A stretch of DNA of 64,000 bases from an uncultured Thermoleophilia bacterium. GTDB lineage: Bacteria > Actinomycetota > Thermoleophilia > UBA2241. Below the pieces are notes generated by a model. It saw only the letters and a list, made by a program, of their open reading frames with translations. It was not told the origin of the DNA and made no database searches. The stretch covers positions 640,001 through 704,000 of the forward strand of contig CAVPCT010000003.1 in assembly GCA_963702475.1 (NCBI GenBank), in the 5' to 3' direction. Numbering within the stretch: the first letter of the stretch is position 1; each line of letters opens with the position of its first letter. The translations under genes and the position numbers were made by a program. Positions 38,127-48,495 of the stretch are shown here, one piece after another.

Positions 38127-39110
38127 TCAGAGGATGGCCGTGAGCGCAAGGTAGATGCCGGCAGCCACGAGGCCGGCCGCCGGCAGGGTGAGGACCCAGG
38201 CGAACATGATGTTGCCGGCCACGCCCCAGCGCACCGCCGAGAGCCGCTTGGTGGCCCCCACACCCATGATCGCGGCCGTGATGGTGTGGGTGGTCGACAC
38301 GGGGAAGCCGAAGTGCGTGGCGACCTGGATGACGCTGGCGGCCGCCGTCTCCGCGGCGAAGCCGTGGATGGGATCCAGCTTGATGACCTTGGATCCCAGG
38401 GTGTGGATGATGCGCCAGCCGCCGGAGTACGTGCCCAGCGCCATGGCCACGGCGCAGACGATCTTGACCCACAGCGGGATCGTGAATTCCGCGGTGACGC
38501 CGCTGGCGAAGAGCGCGAGGGCGATGATGCCCATGGTCTTCTGGGCGTCGTTGGCGCCGTGCGAGAACGCCATGAAGCCGGCGGAGATGGGCTGCAGCCG
38601 CCGGAACCACTTGTTGACCGGGCCCTGCTGGCGCTTGCGCACCAGCCAGATCAGCCCGGTCATCAGGAGCAGCGCGCAGAAGAAGCCGATCACGGGCGAG
38701 CCGATCATGGGCAGGAGGATCTTCGTCACCACGCCGCCCCACAACACACCGTCCAGGCCCTGGGCGGCGATCATGGCGCCGATGATGCCGCCGAAGAGCG
38801 CTTGGGAGGAGCTGGACGGCAGGCCGAAATACCACGTGACGAAGTTCCAGGTGATCGCGCCCACGAGCGCCGCCAGGACGAGCTCGAGGGTGACGAGGTC
38901 GGTGTCGACCAGGCCCTCGCCGACCGTCTTGGCCACGCTGGTGGAGACCAGGGCGCCGACGAGGTTGAGGCCGGCGGCCATGAGCACCGCGATCCGCGGC
39001 GAGAGCGCCCGCGTCGACACCGACGTGGCGATGGCATTGGCGGTGTCGTGGAAGCCGTTTGTGTAATCGAAGACCAGGCCGAGGATGACGATCGCGATGA
39101 GGAGGGCCAC
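38127..39110 (-). CDS. Inorganic phosphate transporter (PiT)
   Basis: NGFHDTANAIAT, HGANDAQK, PVSTTH. Confidence 0.95.
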   Translation of the reverse strand: MALLIAIVILGLVFDYTNGFHDTANAIATSVSTRALSPRIAVLMAAGLNLVGALVSTSVAKTVGEGLVDTDLVTLELVLAALVGAITWNFVTWYFGLPSSSSQALFGGIIGAMIAAQGLDGVLWGGVVTKILLPMIGSPVIGFFCALLLMTGLIWLVRKRQQGPVNKWFRRLQPISAGFMAFSHGANDAQKTMGIIALALFASGVTAEFTIPLWVKIVCAVAMALGTYSGGWRIIHTLGSKVIKLDPIHGFAAETAAASVIQVATHFGFPVSTTHTITAAIMGVGATKRLSAVRWGVAGNIMFAWVLTLPAAGLVAAGIYLALTAIL

Positions 39111-39123
39111 GGCCTGGCTCAGG

Positions 39124-39738
39124 TCAGTTGTGTTTGAGCACGATGCTCTCGATGACGTTGGCCACGTGCTCGCACTCGTCGATGGCGGCCTCGAGGGTCT
39201 CGTAGATGTCTTTCCACTTGATGATGTCGGTGCACTTGGTGTCGCCCTCGAAGAGGCTGGCGATGGCCTGGCGCTCGATGCGGTCGCCGTCGTTCTCGAG
39301 GCTGTTGACTGCGATGACCTTCTCGTCGAGGCCCTTGGGCTTGGCCAGCGCGTCCATGCACTCCCGCAGGATCGGCGTGGCTTTGGCGATGACGTCCGCC
39401 TGCTGCTTGGCGTAGACGGTGATCTCTTCGACGCGGTAGATGAGGACCAGCCCCACGGCCTCCTCGATGTTGTCGAGCACCTCGTCGGCGGTCGCGACGA
39501 GGTCGTAGATGTCCTCGCGGTCGATGGGCGTGATGAACGACTTGTTGAGGCGGCGCACGATGTCGTGCACGATCTTGTCGCCCACGTGCTCGTGCTCGAG
39601 GATGGCGGCGGCCAGGTGCTCGCGGTCCCCGTCGTTCATGAACCTGACGAGCAGCTGGGCGGCTGCGTCGAGGTTCGCGGCCAGCTCCGAGAACAGACGG
39701 AAGTAGTCCTGCTCCTTGGGGACCAGGCTGAGTTTCAC
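39124..39738 (-). CDS. DUF47 phosphate transport regulator
   Basis: EHVGD, FITPIDREDI, WKDIYETLE; upstream of pit. Confidence 0.92.
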   Translation of the reverse strand: MKLSLVPKEQDYFRLFSELAANLDAAAQLLVRFMNDGDREHLAAAILEHEHVGDKIVHDIVRRLNKSFITPIDREDIYDLVATADEVLDNIEEAVGLVLIYRVEEITVYAKQQADVIAKATPILRECMDALAKPKGLDEKVIAVNSLENDGDRIERQAIASLFEGDTKCTDIIKWKDIYETLEAAIDECEHVANVIESIVLKHN

Positions 39739-39814
39739 GAAGGGCTCCTTTCCGTGCCCAGGGCGTCCCGTGCGCCCGCGCCCTGCGCCGCGGGTAATGC
39801 TACCGGTTTTGGGG

Positions 39815-39858
39815 GACGGCGCAACCGTGTCCTAACGGTGCGGAAACGGTGCGCTAAC
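39815..39858 (-). promoter_or_regulatory. PHO-box-like array of four 11-bp GTT-starting direct repeats
   Basis: GTTAGCGCACC GTTTCCGCACC GTTAGGACACG GTTGCGCCGTC upstream of -10 TAGCAT (39797-39802) and DUF47-pit. Confidence 0.6.
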
Positions 39859-40058
39859 ATGGCCCGGCAGTGCGCTCCGGAGCCGCCGCCTGAGCGTGCG
39901 CTTGCGCGAGTCTGAGCGATTCCAGTAGCCTGCGTTCGAACACGTGCGCGCCGGCGGAGGGTCGCGCGCACGTTCGCCACGGGCTGCCGTCAGCGCTCCT
40001 GCCGGCGGCACCCGGGACACTTGGAGCCATGTGAGTTGACGTTCGAAGGAGGACCCCC

Positions 40059-40707
40059 GTGTCTGACCTGTACGACCAGATGAAGCAGTCCGTCATCGAC
40101 GGCGAGGTGGAGGACGCCGAGCGCCTCGCCCAGGAGGGCCTCGACGCCGGCCTCGCCCCCGGCGACATCCTCGACCTCGGGCTTCGTGAAGGGCATCGAG
40201 GAGGTCGGCGAGCTCTTCGGGCGCGGCGAGTTCTTCCTCCCCGAGCTCGTCCAGGGGGCCGAGGCCATGAAGGCCGCCGTGGCCGTCCTGCAGCCGGCCC
40301 TGGACGCCGCCGGCGGCGAGCGCAAGAGCCTCGGCGTGGCCGTGGCCGGGACCGTGGCCGGCGACATCCACGAGATCGGCAAGACGATCGTCTGCTCGAT
40401 GCTCAGCGCCGCCGGCTTCAGCGTCACCGACGTGGGCTGCGACGTGCCGGTCGAGACCTTCATCGCCAAGTGCCGCGAGGTCGACGCCGACCTGCTCCTG
40501 CTCTCCGCCCTCCTCACCACGACCATGCCCAACCAGCAGAAGACCATCGAGGCGCTCAAGGAGGCCGGCCTGCGTGACCGCGTCAAGGTCATGATCGGCG
40601 GCGCCCCCACGACCCGCGCCTGGGCCGACGAGATCGGCGCCGACGGCTACGCCGAGGACGCCATCGAGGCGGTCAGCGCGGCCAAGGCGCTGCTCGGGGC
40701 GGAGTAA
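40059..40707 (+). CDS. Second methyltransferase corrinoid protein, +1 frameshift near 40180 (probably an error)
   Basis: The N-terminal frame joins VKGIEEVG..FFLPEL..GDIHEIGK..SALLTTT if one G is removed from CTCGGGCTTC. Confidence 0.88.
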
Positions 40708-40871
40708 GAGCCGCACGGACGCGCGGCCGTCCGGCTCGTGGGAGTCGCCGCAGGGGCGGCGGCGCGGGAGCGCCGCCGCCCCTGCGGCGTTCAGGAGAGT
40801 GCGCGACCGCCTCACTCCCGGCGCCGCCGCGAGGTGTGCGCGCGTCCGTCTTTGGATACAGTGACGCGGAG

Positions 40872-42059
40872 ATGGGGTCCGACCACGATGCATACTTCGA
40901 GGAGGTCGAGGCGCGCTTCGAACGCGCCCTCGACTTCGACCTCGGTCTGGAGGAGGAGTTCCAGGTCCTTGACCGGGAGACTCTCGCGCTGACCCCCGGA
41001 TTCGAGGCGCTTCGCGACTCCGCTCCGGAGCGCCTGCGCGGCCGCATCGCCGGCGAGCTGCTCACCTCTGAGATCGAGGTGTCCACGCCGCGCACGCTCC
41101 ACTTCGGCCAGGCCGCCAAGCAGCTGCTCCTCAACCGCACCGAGCTGTTCGCCCACGCGGAGAGCAGGGGCTTCGCCCTGGGCTCCACGGGAACGCACCC
41201 ATTCTCGGGCTGGAGGGACCAGGAGATCATCGACACCCCGCACTACCGTCTGGTCGAGGACCGCTTGAAGTACGTGGCCTGGCGTAACAACACGTGGGCC
41301 GCGCACGTGCACATCGGTGTGCGCGGCTGCGACCGCGCCATGGCCGTCTGCGACGCGCTGCGCACGTACCTGCCGCACATCCTCGCGCTGTCTGCCAACT
41401 CACCGTTCATAGAGGGCGTGTGGACGCAGCTCCAGTCGGTGCGCACGCAGACCTTCGTGCGCATGTTCCCGCGCTGCGGCATCCCAGACGTGTTCGGCTC
41501 GTGGGCGAGCTTCCGCTCCTTCTACGAGGAGCTCATCGACACCAACTGCATCCAGGAGTTCACGCAGGTGTGGTGGTCGGTGCGGCCGCACCACCGCTTC
41601 GGGACGGTGGAGATACGCATCTGTGACGCGCAGACCGAGGCGTGGCAGAGCCTCGCCATCTCGTCGCTCACGGTGGGCCTCGTGGCGCACCTCGCGCGCG
41701 TGTACGACGAGGGCATGCCTCTGCCGATCCTGCCGACGCGGTACGTGGAGGAGAATCTGTGGCGGGCCATCCGTTACGGCCTGGACGGTAGTCTGGTGGA
41801 CTGGGCCACCCACACAGAGATGCCGGCGGCCGACGCCATCCGGCATCTGGTCGAGCTCTGCGGGCCCTACGCCGCCGGCCTGGGGCTGACGCCGCACCTC
41901 GACGACGTTGAGCGCATGCTGCGCGAGGGCAACGGCGCCCAGCAGCAGGTGAAGGCTCACCTTGAAGGTCAGACTTTGGAGCAGGTGTTCGCCGGCACCG
42001 TGGAGAGAGCCCACCGGGTCTCCGAGTACGCGCCGGCTCCGACACGGGAGGAGAGATGA
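40872..42059 (+). CDS. YbdK/GCS2 family carboxylate-amine ligase
   Basis: GLEEEFQ, GTHPF, HVHIG, ALSANSPF, WWSVRPH, TVEIRICD. Confidence 0.92.
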   Translation: MGSDHDAYFEEVEARFERALDFDLGLEEEFQVLDRETLALTPGFEALRDSAPERLRGRIAGELLTSEIEVSTPRTLHFGQAAKQLLLNRTELFAHAESRGFALGSTGTHPFSGWRDQEIIDTPHYRLVEDRLKYVAWRNNTWAAHVHIGVRGCDRAMAVCDALRTYLPHILALSANSPFIEGVWTQLQSVRTQTFVRMFPRCGIPDVFGSWASFRSFYEELIDTNCIQEFTQVWWSVRPHHRFGTVEIRICDAQTEAWQSLAISSLTVGLVAHLARVYDEGMPLPILPTRYVEENLWRAIRYGLDGSLVDWATHTEMPAADAIRHLVELCGPYAAGLGLTPHLDDVERMLREGNGAQQQVKAHLEGQTLEQVFAGTVERAHRVSEYAPAPTREER

Positions 42060-42665
42060 GCGAGGGCGACGAACGTGGCCGCGTGCTGACCGACGAGGAG
42101 CGCGCCCGCGCCGTGCGCGAGCAGCTCAAGAGCCTGCACGCATTCGACCTTGCCTACGAGATGATGGTCAGCCTGGTGAGCTTCGGGTACCAGAAGCTCG
42201 GCCTGACGGGGGAGACGGCCGAGCTCCGCGACCTCGACGACGCGCACTACGCGATCGAGTTGCTCGGGGCCGTCCTCAAGGTGTCCGAGCGCGAGCACCC
42301 CGTGTCGGACCTGCGCGACCTGCACTCGACGCTCGCGCAGATGCAGCTCGGGTACGTGCAGGCCCTCGAGCTCGAGGGCCGCCGGCCGGAGGCGCCGGCG
42401 GAGGCCGGGCCGGCGCCCGAGCCGCCCGCGGCCGAGGAGGCGCCGGCGGCTGCGCCGCGCCCGCCCGCCGCCCCGGAGACGCCGTCCGAGGCGGAGGCCG
42501 CCGCCGCGCACCAGGACACGCCGGACGAGGTCGAGGGGCACTTGGCGGCCGACGAGGCCGTGGAGCATGCCGTCGCCGAGAAGCCGGCTCGCGCGGCCCG
42601 AAAGCCGGCCGCGAAGAAGCGCGGCGCGCAAGAAGCCCGCGTCAAAGGCGGGCGACGAGGGCTGA
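42056..42665 (+). CDS. DUF1844-like protein with Ala/Pro/Glu tail; probable +1 error near 42623
   Basis: Helical N-terminus ending TLAQMQLGYV; removing one G gives KKRARKKPASKAGDEG* and removes the overlap with the nitrilase gene. Confidence 0.6.
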
Positions 42666-42744
42666 ACCGGCCCGCGGGTCTGCCGGGTGAACGGACCGGT
42701 CACCCGCCGGGCGCGCCGGGGGCCGTCGCCCGGGCGCCCGTCGC

Positions 42745-43584
42745 TCAGCTGCCTGAGGTCTCCGCTCGCTGCGGCGGCGGCGCCTTGATCCGGCAGAGGT
42801 CCTCGTAGAGCGCGGGATGGCGGTCGCGGAAGTACCTGTGACCGCCGCCGCCGGTGTCGCCGGCTCGGACCTCGTCGACGAGGGTTGGGTCGAGGTCGGC
42901 CACCAGCAGGTGGTCGCCGTCGCCCGCCTCCGCGATCACGGTGCCGCGCGGGTCCACGATGCGGCTGAGACCCAGGTAGGCGCCGCGCTGCCCCGGACCC
43001 GCCGTGTCGGCCGCGGCCAGATAGCACCCGTTCTCGAGTGCGCGCGCGACCGTGACGGTGCGCCAGATGTGCTCGCGCGCCGCGCCGAAGGCGGCCGGCG
43101 CGAGCAGCAGGCGCGCACCGCGCAGGGCCAGCACGCGGGAGATCTCGGGGAAGCCGAGCTCGTAGCAGACGAGCACGCCGGACGGCCACTCGGCCAGCGA
43201 GCCCGTCCAGAAGTCATGGCCGGCGGCGAACCACTGCTCCTCGACCTGGAAGAGGTGGGTCTTGCCGACGACCGCCGGCTCCTGTCCTGGGCGCAGCACG
43301 GCGACGGCGTTCAGGATGGACTCGCCGCGCAGGTACGGCAGCCCGAGCACGGCGCTCACGCCAAGCTCGTCGACCGCGGCCTGCAGGCGCGGCAGGGCGT
43401 GCGGTACCTGCCGCGCCTTGAGGGCGAGCTGCGGGTCGAGCACGTAGCCGCCGAGGTACAGCTCGGGGAAGACCGCGAGGTCCGCGCCGCGGCCGGCGCA
43501 GTCCTGCAGGGTGCGCAGGCAGTGCGCGGTGCGGGCCGGCACCTCGGCCGGGACGTCGCGGACCTGGACGACGGCGAGGCGCAC
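42745..43584 (-). CDS. Carbon-nitrogen hydrolase (nitrilase family)
   Basis: FPEL, KTHLF, VCYELGFPE, ARALEN. Confidence 0.92.
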   Translation of the reverse strand: MRLAVVQVRDVPAEVPARTAHCLRTLQDCAGRGADLAVFPELYLGGYVLDPQLALKARQVPHALPRLQAAVDELGVSAVLGLPYLRGESILNAVAVLRPGQEPAVVGKTHLFQVEEQWFAAGHDFWTGSLAEWPSGVLVCYELGFPEISRVLALRGARLLLAPAAFGAAREHIWRTVTVARALENGCYLAAADTAGPGQRGAYLGLSRIVDPRGTVIAEAGDGDHLLVADLDPTLVDEVRAGDTGGGGHRYFRDRHPALYEDLCRIKAPPPQRAETSGS

Positions 43585-43588
43585 GGCC

Positions 43589-44257
43589 TCAGAGCCCGGG
43601 CAGGTCCCAGAAGGCCCGCTCGTCCAGCGTGCCGCCGGGCTCGACGACGACGAACTCGTCGTCGTGGGGCCCGGCCACGAACTTCTCGAAGTACCGCATG
43701 GAGCCTGTGAGCTTCTGCAGCGGGAGCTCGTAGAAGCCGGCGACCTCGTCGAGGTAGGCCTGCTTGTCCTCGACGCCCGGCACGCCCGGTGTCTCGATGA
43801 CGGCCACGCGCGTGTAGTGCTGCATGATCATGTGAGCGACCATGGCGGCCTTCTCCTCACCGAACTTGGGGACGGTCTTCAGGTACTGCTTGTACGGGTC
43901 GTCGATGAAGTCGATCCACCCGCGCGTGTAGTAGTAGGTCCCCGGCTCGCGGCGGTGTTCGTCGAGATACGTTTGACGTGAACCGAGCACCAGGGAGATG
44001 CAGTCGTCCACGAGAGGGAGGACGAGGCGGTGTGGACCGGCGTGCAGACCGGTGCCGCCGTTGCTGCAACGGCCGCAGCAGAGCAGGATCTCGCGCTCGC
44101 CGTCGGTGGCGTCGATGCGGCCCTGGATGGCGGCGCGCATCTTGTCGGGGTAGTCGTGCAGCGCGCCCTCGAAGAAGTCGACCTCGTAGCCGGGGTTGAC
44201 CTTCTCGACTTCGTTGCGCAGCACCTCGCAGCTGATGATCTTGCGCGGTCTGTCCAT
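43589..44257 (-). CDS. DUF1638 family protein
   Basis: ISCEVL, LHDYP, CGRCSNG, DCISLVLGS, YYYTRGW. Confidence 0.8.
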   Translation of the reverse strand: MDRPRKIISCEVLRNEVEKVNPGYEVDFFEGALHDYPDKMRAAIQGRIDATDGEREILLCCGRCSNGGTGLHAGPHRLVLPLVDDCISLVLGSRQTYLDEHRREPGTYYYTRGWIDFIDDPYKQYLKTVPKFGEEKAAMVAHMIMQHYTRVAVIETPGVPGVEDKQAYLDEVAGFYELPLQKLTGSMRYFEKFVAGPHDDEFVVVEPGGTLDERAFWDLPGL

Positions 44258-44391
44258 GAGGTCATGGTAGCAGCCGCCGCTGTGCCCCGCCGCCCGGGCT
44301 GCGGTAGCATGGGCAGGCTTCATTGCACGACACGATGTCGCGCGCGAGGGGCGCAGCCGCTCGCGCGCGTGACTGACTCAGGAGGGATCCC

Positions 44392-45246
44392 GTGAGCGTG
44401 ACGAAGGTACTCGTGGCGGGCGCCGGACAGATGGGCGCCGGCATCGCCCAGGTCTCGGCGCTGGCCGGCCTCGACGTCGTGATGACCGACATCAGCGACG
44501 AGTTCGTGCAGCGCGGCTTCGCCGGCATCGAGAAGGGACTCGGCCGCATGGTCGAGAAGGGCAGGCTCGAGGCGGCCGACCGCGAAGCCGCTCTCGGCCG
44601 CATCACCTGCGCCACCGACATGGCCGCCGGCGCTGAAGCCGACCTCTTCGTGGAGGCGGCGCCGGAGGTCATGGACATCAAGGAGGGCCTGTTCAGGCGC
44701 GCCTCGGAGCTCCTGCGCGCGGACGCCGTCCTCGCCAGCAACACCTCCAGCCTGCCTGTCAGCAAGCTGGCGGCGTTCGTCACGGGGCCCGAGCGCTTCG
44801 TCGGCATCCACTTCTTCAACCCCGTGCCGATGATGGCACTCGTCGAGGTCGTCAAGGGCCAGCTGACGAGCGACGCCACGGTGGCCGCGGCCCGCGCCTA
44901 CGCCGAGGCCGTCGGCAAGACGCCGATCACGACCATCGACTCGCCCGGCTTCGTGGTGAACCGTGTTCTCTTCCCGATGATCAACGAGGCGGCGCACGCC
45001 TTCGAGGAGGGCGTGGCCAGCGCCGCCGACATCGACACCGGCATGAAGCTCGGCGCCAACTGGCCCATGGGGCCGCTGGCGCTGGCCGACCTGGTCGGCA
45101 TGGACACCACCAGCGCGATCCTCGAGACTCTCGAGCGCGAGCTGGGCGACCCCAAGTACCACCCCGCGAAGGTCATGTACGACCTCATGGAGCAGGGCAA
45201 GATGGGGCGCAAGTCGGGCGCCGGCTTCTACGACTACGGGAAGTGA
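44392..45246 (+). CDS. hbd: 3-hydroxybutyryl-CoA / 3-hydroxyacyl-CoA dehydrogenase
   Basis: GAGQMGAGIA, SNTSS, HFFNP, GFVVNR, PMGPL. Confidence 0.9.
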   Translation: MSVTKVLVAGAGQMGAGIAQVSALAGLDVVMTDISDEFVQRGFAGIEKGLGRMVEKGRLEAADREAALGRITCATDMAAGAEADLFVEAAPEVMDIKEGLFRRASELLRADAVLASNTSSLPVSKLAAFVTGPERFVGIHFFNPVPMMALVEVVKGQLTSDATVAAARAYAEAVGKTPITTIDSPGFVVNRVLFPMINEAAHAFEEGVASAADIDTGMKLGANWPMGPLALADLVGMDTTSAILETLERELGDPKYHPAKVMYDLMEQGKMGRKSGAGFYDYGK

Positions 45247-45253
45247 CGGGGCC

Positions 45254-45781
45254 GTGAGCGAGGGTCGCGCAGGCTACGTGCAGGTCTACACCGGGGACGG
45301 CAAGGGAAAGACGACCGCCTCCCTGGGGCTCATCGTGCGGGCCCTCGGCCAGGGCCTGCGGCCGGCCGTGCTGCAGTTCATGAAGGGCGACCCCAGCTGG
45401 GGCGAGATCGTCACGCTCAGACGCCTCGACGTGCCGGTCGTGCAGTGCGGCCTGGACCACTGGGTGCTCCAGGGCAAGGTCACGGACGCGGACAGGGCCG
45501 CGGCGGCCGAAGGGTTGGCCCGCGGCCGGGCGCTGGTGGAGAGCGGCGACTACGACCTGGTCGTGCTCGACGAGCTCTGCACCGCCCTGTTCTTCGAGCT
45601 CGTCCGCATCGACGACGTGCTGGCGATGATCGCGGCGAAGCCGCCGGCCGTCGAACTGGTGATCACCGGCCGCCGCGCGCCGGAGGCGCTGATCGCGGCG
45701 GCCGACCTGGTGACGGAGATGCGGCCGCTGAAGCACTACTATGAGGCGGGCGTGCACGCGCGCCCCGGTATCGAGTACTAA
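45254..45781 (+). CDS. cobO: Cob(I)yrinic acid a,c-diamide adenosyltransferase
   Basis: YTGDGKGKTTA, QFMKG, VLDE, ITGR, ADLVTEM. Confidence 0.92.
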   Translation: MSEGRAGYVQVYTGDGKGKTTASLGLIVRALGQGLRPAVLQFMKGDPSWGEIVTLRRLDVPVVQCGLDHWVLQGKVTDADRAAAAEGLARGRALVESGDYDLVVLDELCTALFFELVRIDDVLAMIAAKPPAVELVITGRRAPEALIAAADLVTEMRPLKHYYEAGVHARPGIEY

Positions 45782-45871
45782 TGCCCGTAGGCGACGCAGG
45801 AGCCGTAGCGCTCGTGAGCGACTCGCGGCCCGCAGGGCCCAGCGCGAGGCGGACCAGCGAGGAGTGACGGC

Positions 45872-47191
45872 GTGACCCACACCCTCATCTACCCGCACAC
45901 CACGGTCCACAACGCCGCCGGGCACCTGGAGATCGGCGGCTGCGACGTGGTCGATCTGGCGCGCGAGTACGGCACGCCGCTGTTCATCTACGACGAGCAG
46001 TCGCTGCGCGACCAGTGCCGCGCCTACCACAAGGCGTTCGGCGCGCTCACCGACCTCTACGAGATCGTGTACGCCAGCAAAGCGTTCAGCTGCCGGTCGA
46101 TGTGCGAGCTCGTCGCCCAGGAGGGCCTCTCGTTGGACGTGGCCACCGGCGGCGAGCTGGCCGCGGCCCGCGCCGCCGGCTTCCCGCTCGAGCGCGTCTA
46201 CTTCCACGGCAACAACAAGTCGCCGGCGGAGATCGCTTTCGGGCTCGACCTGGGCATCGGCCACTTCGTCGTCGACTCCTTCGAGGAGATCGACCGGCTG
46301 GAGACGGCCGCGGCCGAGCGCGGCATGACGCAGCAGGTGCTGGTGCGCGTGACTCCGGGCGTGCGGCCCAACACGCACGACTTCATCCAGACCGGCCAGC
46401 AGGACAGCAAGTTCGGCTTCGGGCTGGCCGACGGCCGCGCCCACGAGGCGGTGCGGCGCCTGCACGACGCGCCGCACCTGGAGCTCGTCGGGGTGCACGC
46501 CCACATCGGCTCGCAGATCTTCGAGCTGGACTCGTACCGGCGCGAGGTCGAGGTGCTCTTCGTGGCCATCGACGACTGGCGCCGCGACTTCGGCTTCGCC
46601 TGTTGCGTGTTCAACATCGGCGGCGGCCTGGGCATCCGTTACACGGCCAGCGACCAGCCCAGCTCCATCGCGGAGTTCGCGGAGATCGCCGTGGGGGCCG
46701 TGCGCGACGGCGCCGCCCGCCACAGCATCGACATGCCCAAGCTCTTCGTGGAGCCGGGGCGCAGCATCGCCGGCAAGGCCTGTGTGACCGCCTATACGGT
46801 CGGCACCGTCAAGGAGATCCCCGGCGTGCGCACTTACGTGGCCGTGGACGGCGGCATGAGCGACAACCTGCGGCCGATGCTGTACGACTCGCGGTACGAG
46901 GCCATGCTGGCCAACAAGGCCACCGAGCAGGAGACCGCGGTGGTCACCGTCGCCGGCAAGCACTGCGAGTCCGGCGACGTGCTCATCCGCGACATCCACA
47001 TCGCGCCGCCCGAGCCTGGCGACATCCTCGTCACGCCGAGTACCGGCGCCTACGGGTACGCGATGGCCAACAACTACAACGCGCAGCCGCGCCCGGCCGT
47101 GATCATGGTGAACGGCGGCGAGGCGCGGGTGATCATCGAGCGCGAGACCTGGGACGACGTGCTGCGGCTGCAGCGGCCCCTCGGGCACTGA
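45872..47191 (+). CDS. lysA: Diaminopimelate decarboxylase
   Basis: YASKAF, HGNNKS, HIGSQIF, EPGRS, KHCESGD. Confidence 0.96.
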   Translation: MTHTLIYPHTTVHNAAGHLEIGGCDVVDLAREYGTPLFIYDEQSLRDQCRAYHKAFGALTDLYEIVYASKAFSCRSMCELVAQEGLSLDVATGGELAAARAAGFPLERVYFHGNNKSPAEIAFGLDLGIGHFVVDSFEEIDRLETAAAERGMTQQVLVRVTPGVRPNTHDFIQTGQQDSKFGFGLADGRAHEAVRRLHDAPHLELVGVHAHIGSQIFELDSYRREVEVLFVAIDDWRRDFGFACCVFNIGGGLGIRYTASDQPSSIAEFAEIAVGAVRDGAARHSIDMPKLFVEPGRSIAGKACVTAYTVGTVKEIPGVRTYVAVDGGMSDNLRPMLYDSRYEAMLANKATEQETAVVTVAGKHCESGDVLIRDIHIAPPEPGDILVTPSTGAYGYAMANNYNAQPRPAVIMVNGGEARVIIERETWDDVLRLQRPLGH

Positions 47192-47217
47192 GCGTCCCCG
47201 TAGACCGGAGGGTGACA

Positions 47218-48495
47218 GTGGACAAGGTAGGGATCGGGCTCCTGGGCTACGGCACCGTGGGCTCGGGTGTGGGCAAGCTGCTCAAGCGCAACGCCGGCGA
47301 CGTCACGCTGGCCACGGGCAAGGAGGTCGAGCTGAAGAGGGTCCTGGAGAAGGACCCCGGCTTCAGTCACCCGGACCTCGACCCGGCCCTGCTCACCACG
47401 AGGGTCGAGGACATCCTCGACGACCCGGAGATCAGCGTCGTGGTGGAGCTCATCGGGGGGACGGGCGCGGCGCTCGACTTCCAGCTCCGCGCCCTCAAGG
47501 CCGGCAAGAACGTGGTGACGGCCAACAAGCAGCTGCTGGCGCAGCACGGCGCCGAGCTGTTCGCCGCCGCGGAGCAGACCGGCGTGCATCTGCGCTTCGA
47601 GGCCAGCGCCGTCGGCGCGGTGCCCGTCGTCAAGGTCCTGCGCGAGTCGCTGGTGGCGGCAGAGGTCAGGACGATCTTCGGCATCGTCAACGGCACCACC
47701 AACTACATGCTCAGCGCGATGGCCGAGACCGGGGCCGACTACGCCGACGTGCTCAAGGAGGCCCAGCGCCTGGGCTACGCCGAGACCGACCCCACCGAGG
47801 ACGTGGGCGGCAAGGACGCGGCTGCCAAGATGGCGATCCTCTCCTCCATCGGTTTCCACAGCCGCACGCGGCTGGACGACGTGCAGTACGAGGGCATCAC
47901 CGGCGTCACGGCCGCGGACATCGCCCACGGGCAGCGCCTCGGCCTGGTCGCCAAGCTGCTCGGTGTCGCCAAGCTCATCGACGGCGCCATGAACGTGCGC
48001 GTGTACCCGGCCTTCATCCCCAGGACGCACCCCCTCGCCGGTGTGGTCGGCGCCTACAACGCCGTGTTCCTGGAGAGCGATTCCTTCGACAAGATCATGC
48101 TGTTCGGCCCCGGCGCCGGCAGCGTGCCCACGGCCTCGGCCGTGATCGGCGACATCATCTCCGTGGTCAACACCGTGAAGGGCAGCTACGTGCAGAACTG
48201 CCTGTGCTACAAGGAGCGCAAGTTCTTCCCCGACGCCGACATGGAGTCCACGTTCTACTTGCGTCTGGCGGTGGCCGACAGGCCCGGCGTGCTGGCCAAG
48301 ATCGCCGCGCTGTTCGGCGACCACGGCGTGAGCATCGCCTCGCTCGTGCAGGAGGGTCGCGGCGACTCGGCCGAGCTCGTGCTGCTGTTGCACCCGGTGC
48401 GTGAAGCGCAGTTCTTCAGCGCCCTGGAGAAGATGAAGGCGCTGGCCGAGGTGCAGGGCGCCCCGGCCTACATCCGCGTGGAGGGGGAGGCATGA
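47218..48495 (+). CDS. hom: Homoserine dehydrogenase (with ACT domain)
   Basis: GYGTVG, VTANK, NGTTNY, GPGAG, DRPGVLA. Confidence 0.95.
   Translation: MDKVGIGLLGYGTVGSGVGKLLKRNAGDVTLATGKEVELKRVLEKDPGFSHPDLDPALLTTRVEDILDDPEISVVVELIGGTGAALDFQLRALKAGKNVVTANKQLLAQHGAELFAAAEQTGVHLRFEASAVGAVPVVKVLRESLVAAEVRTIFGIVNGTTNYMLSAMAETGADYADVLKEAQRLGYAETDPTEDVGGKDAAAKMAILSSIGFHSRTRLDDVQYEGITGVTAADIAHGQRLGLVAKLLGVAKLIDGAMNVRVYPAFIPRTHPLAGVVGAYNAVFLESDSFDKIMLFGPGAGSVPTASAVIGDIISVVNTVKGSYVQNCLCYKERKFFPDADMESTFYLRLAVADRPGVLAKIAALFGDHGVSIASLVQEGRGDSAELVLLLHPVREAQFFSALEKMKALAEVQGAPAYIRVEGEA

Noticed and set aside
40150-40200. Programmed frameshifting in the corrinoid gene (and in rho and the radical SAM gene)
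   Set aside because: No slippery site or stimulator seen; the recurring extra-base pattern suggests sequencing error
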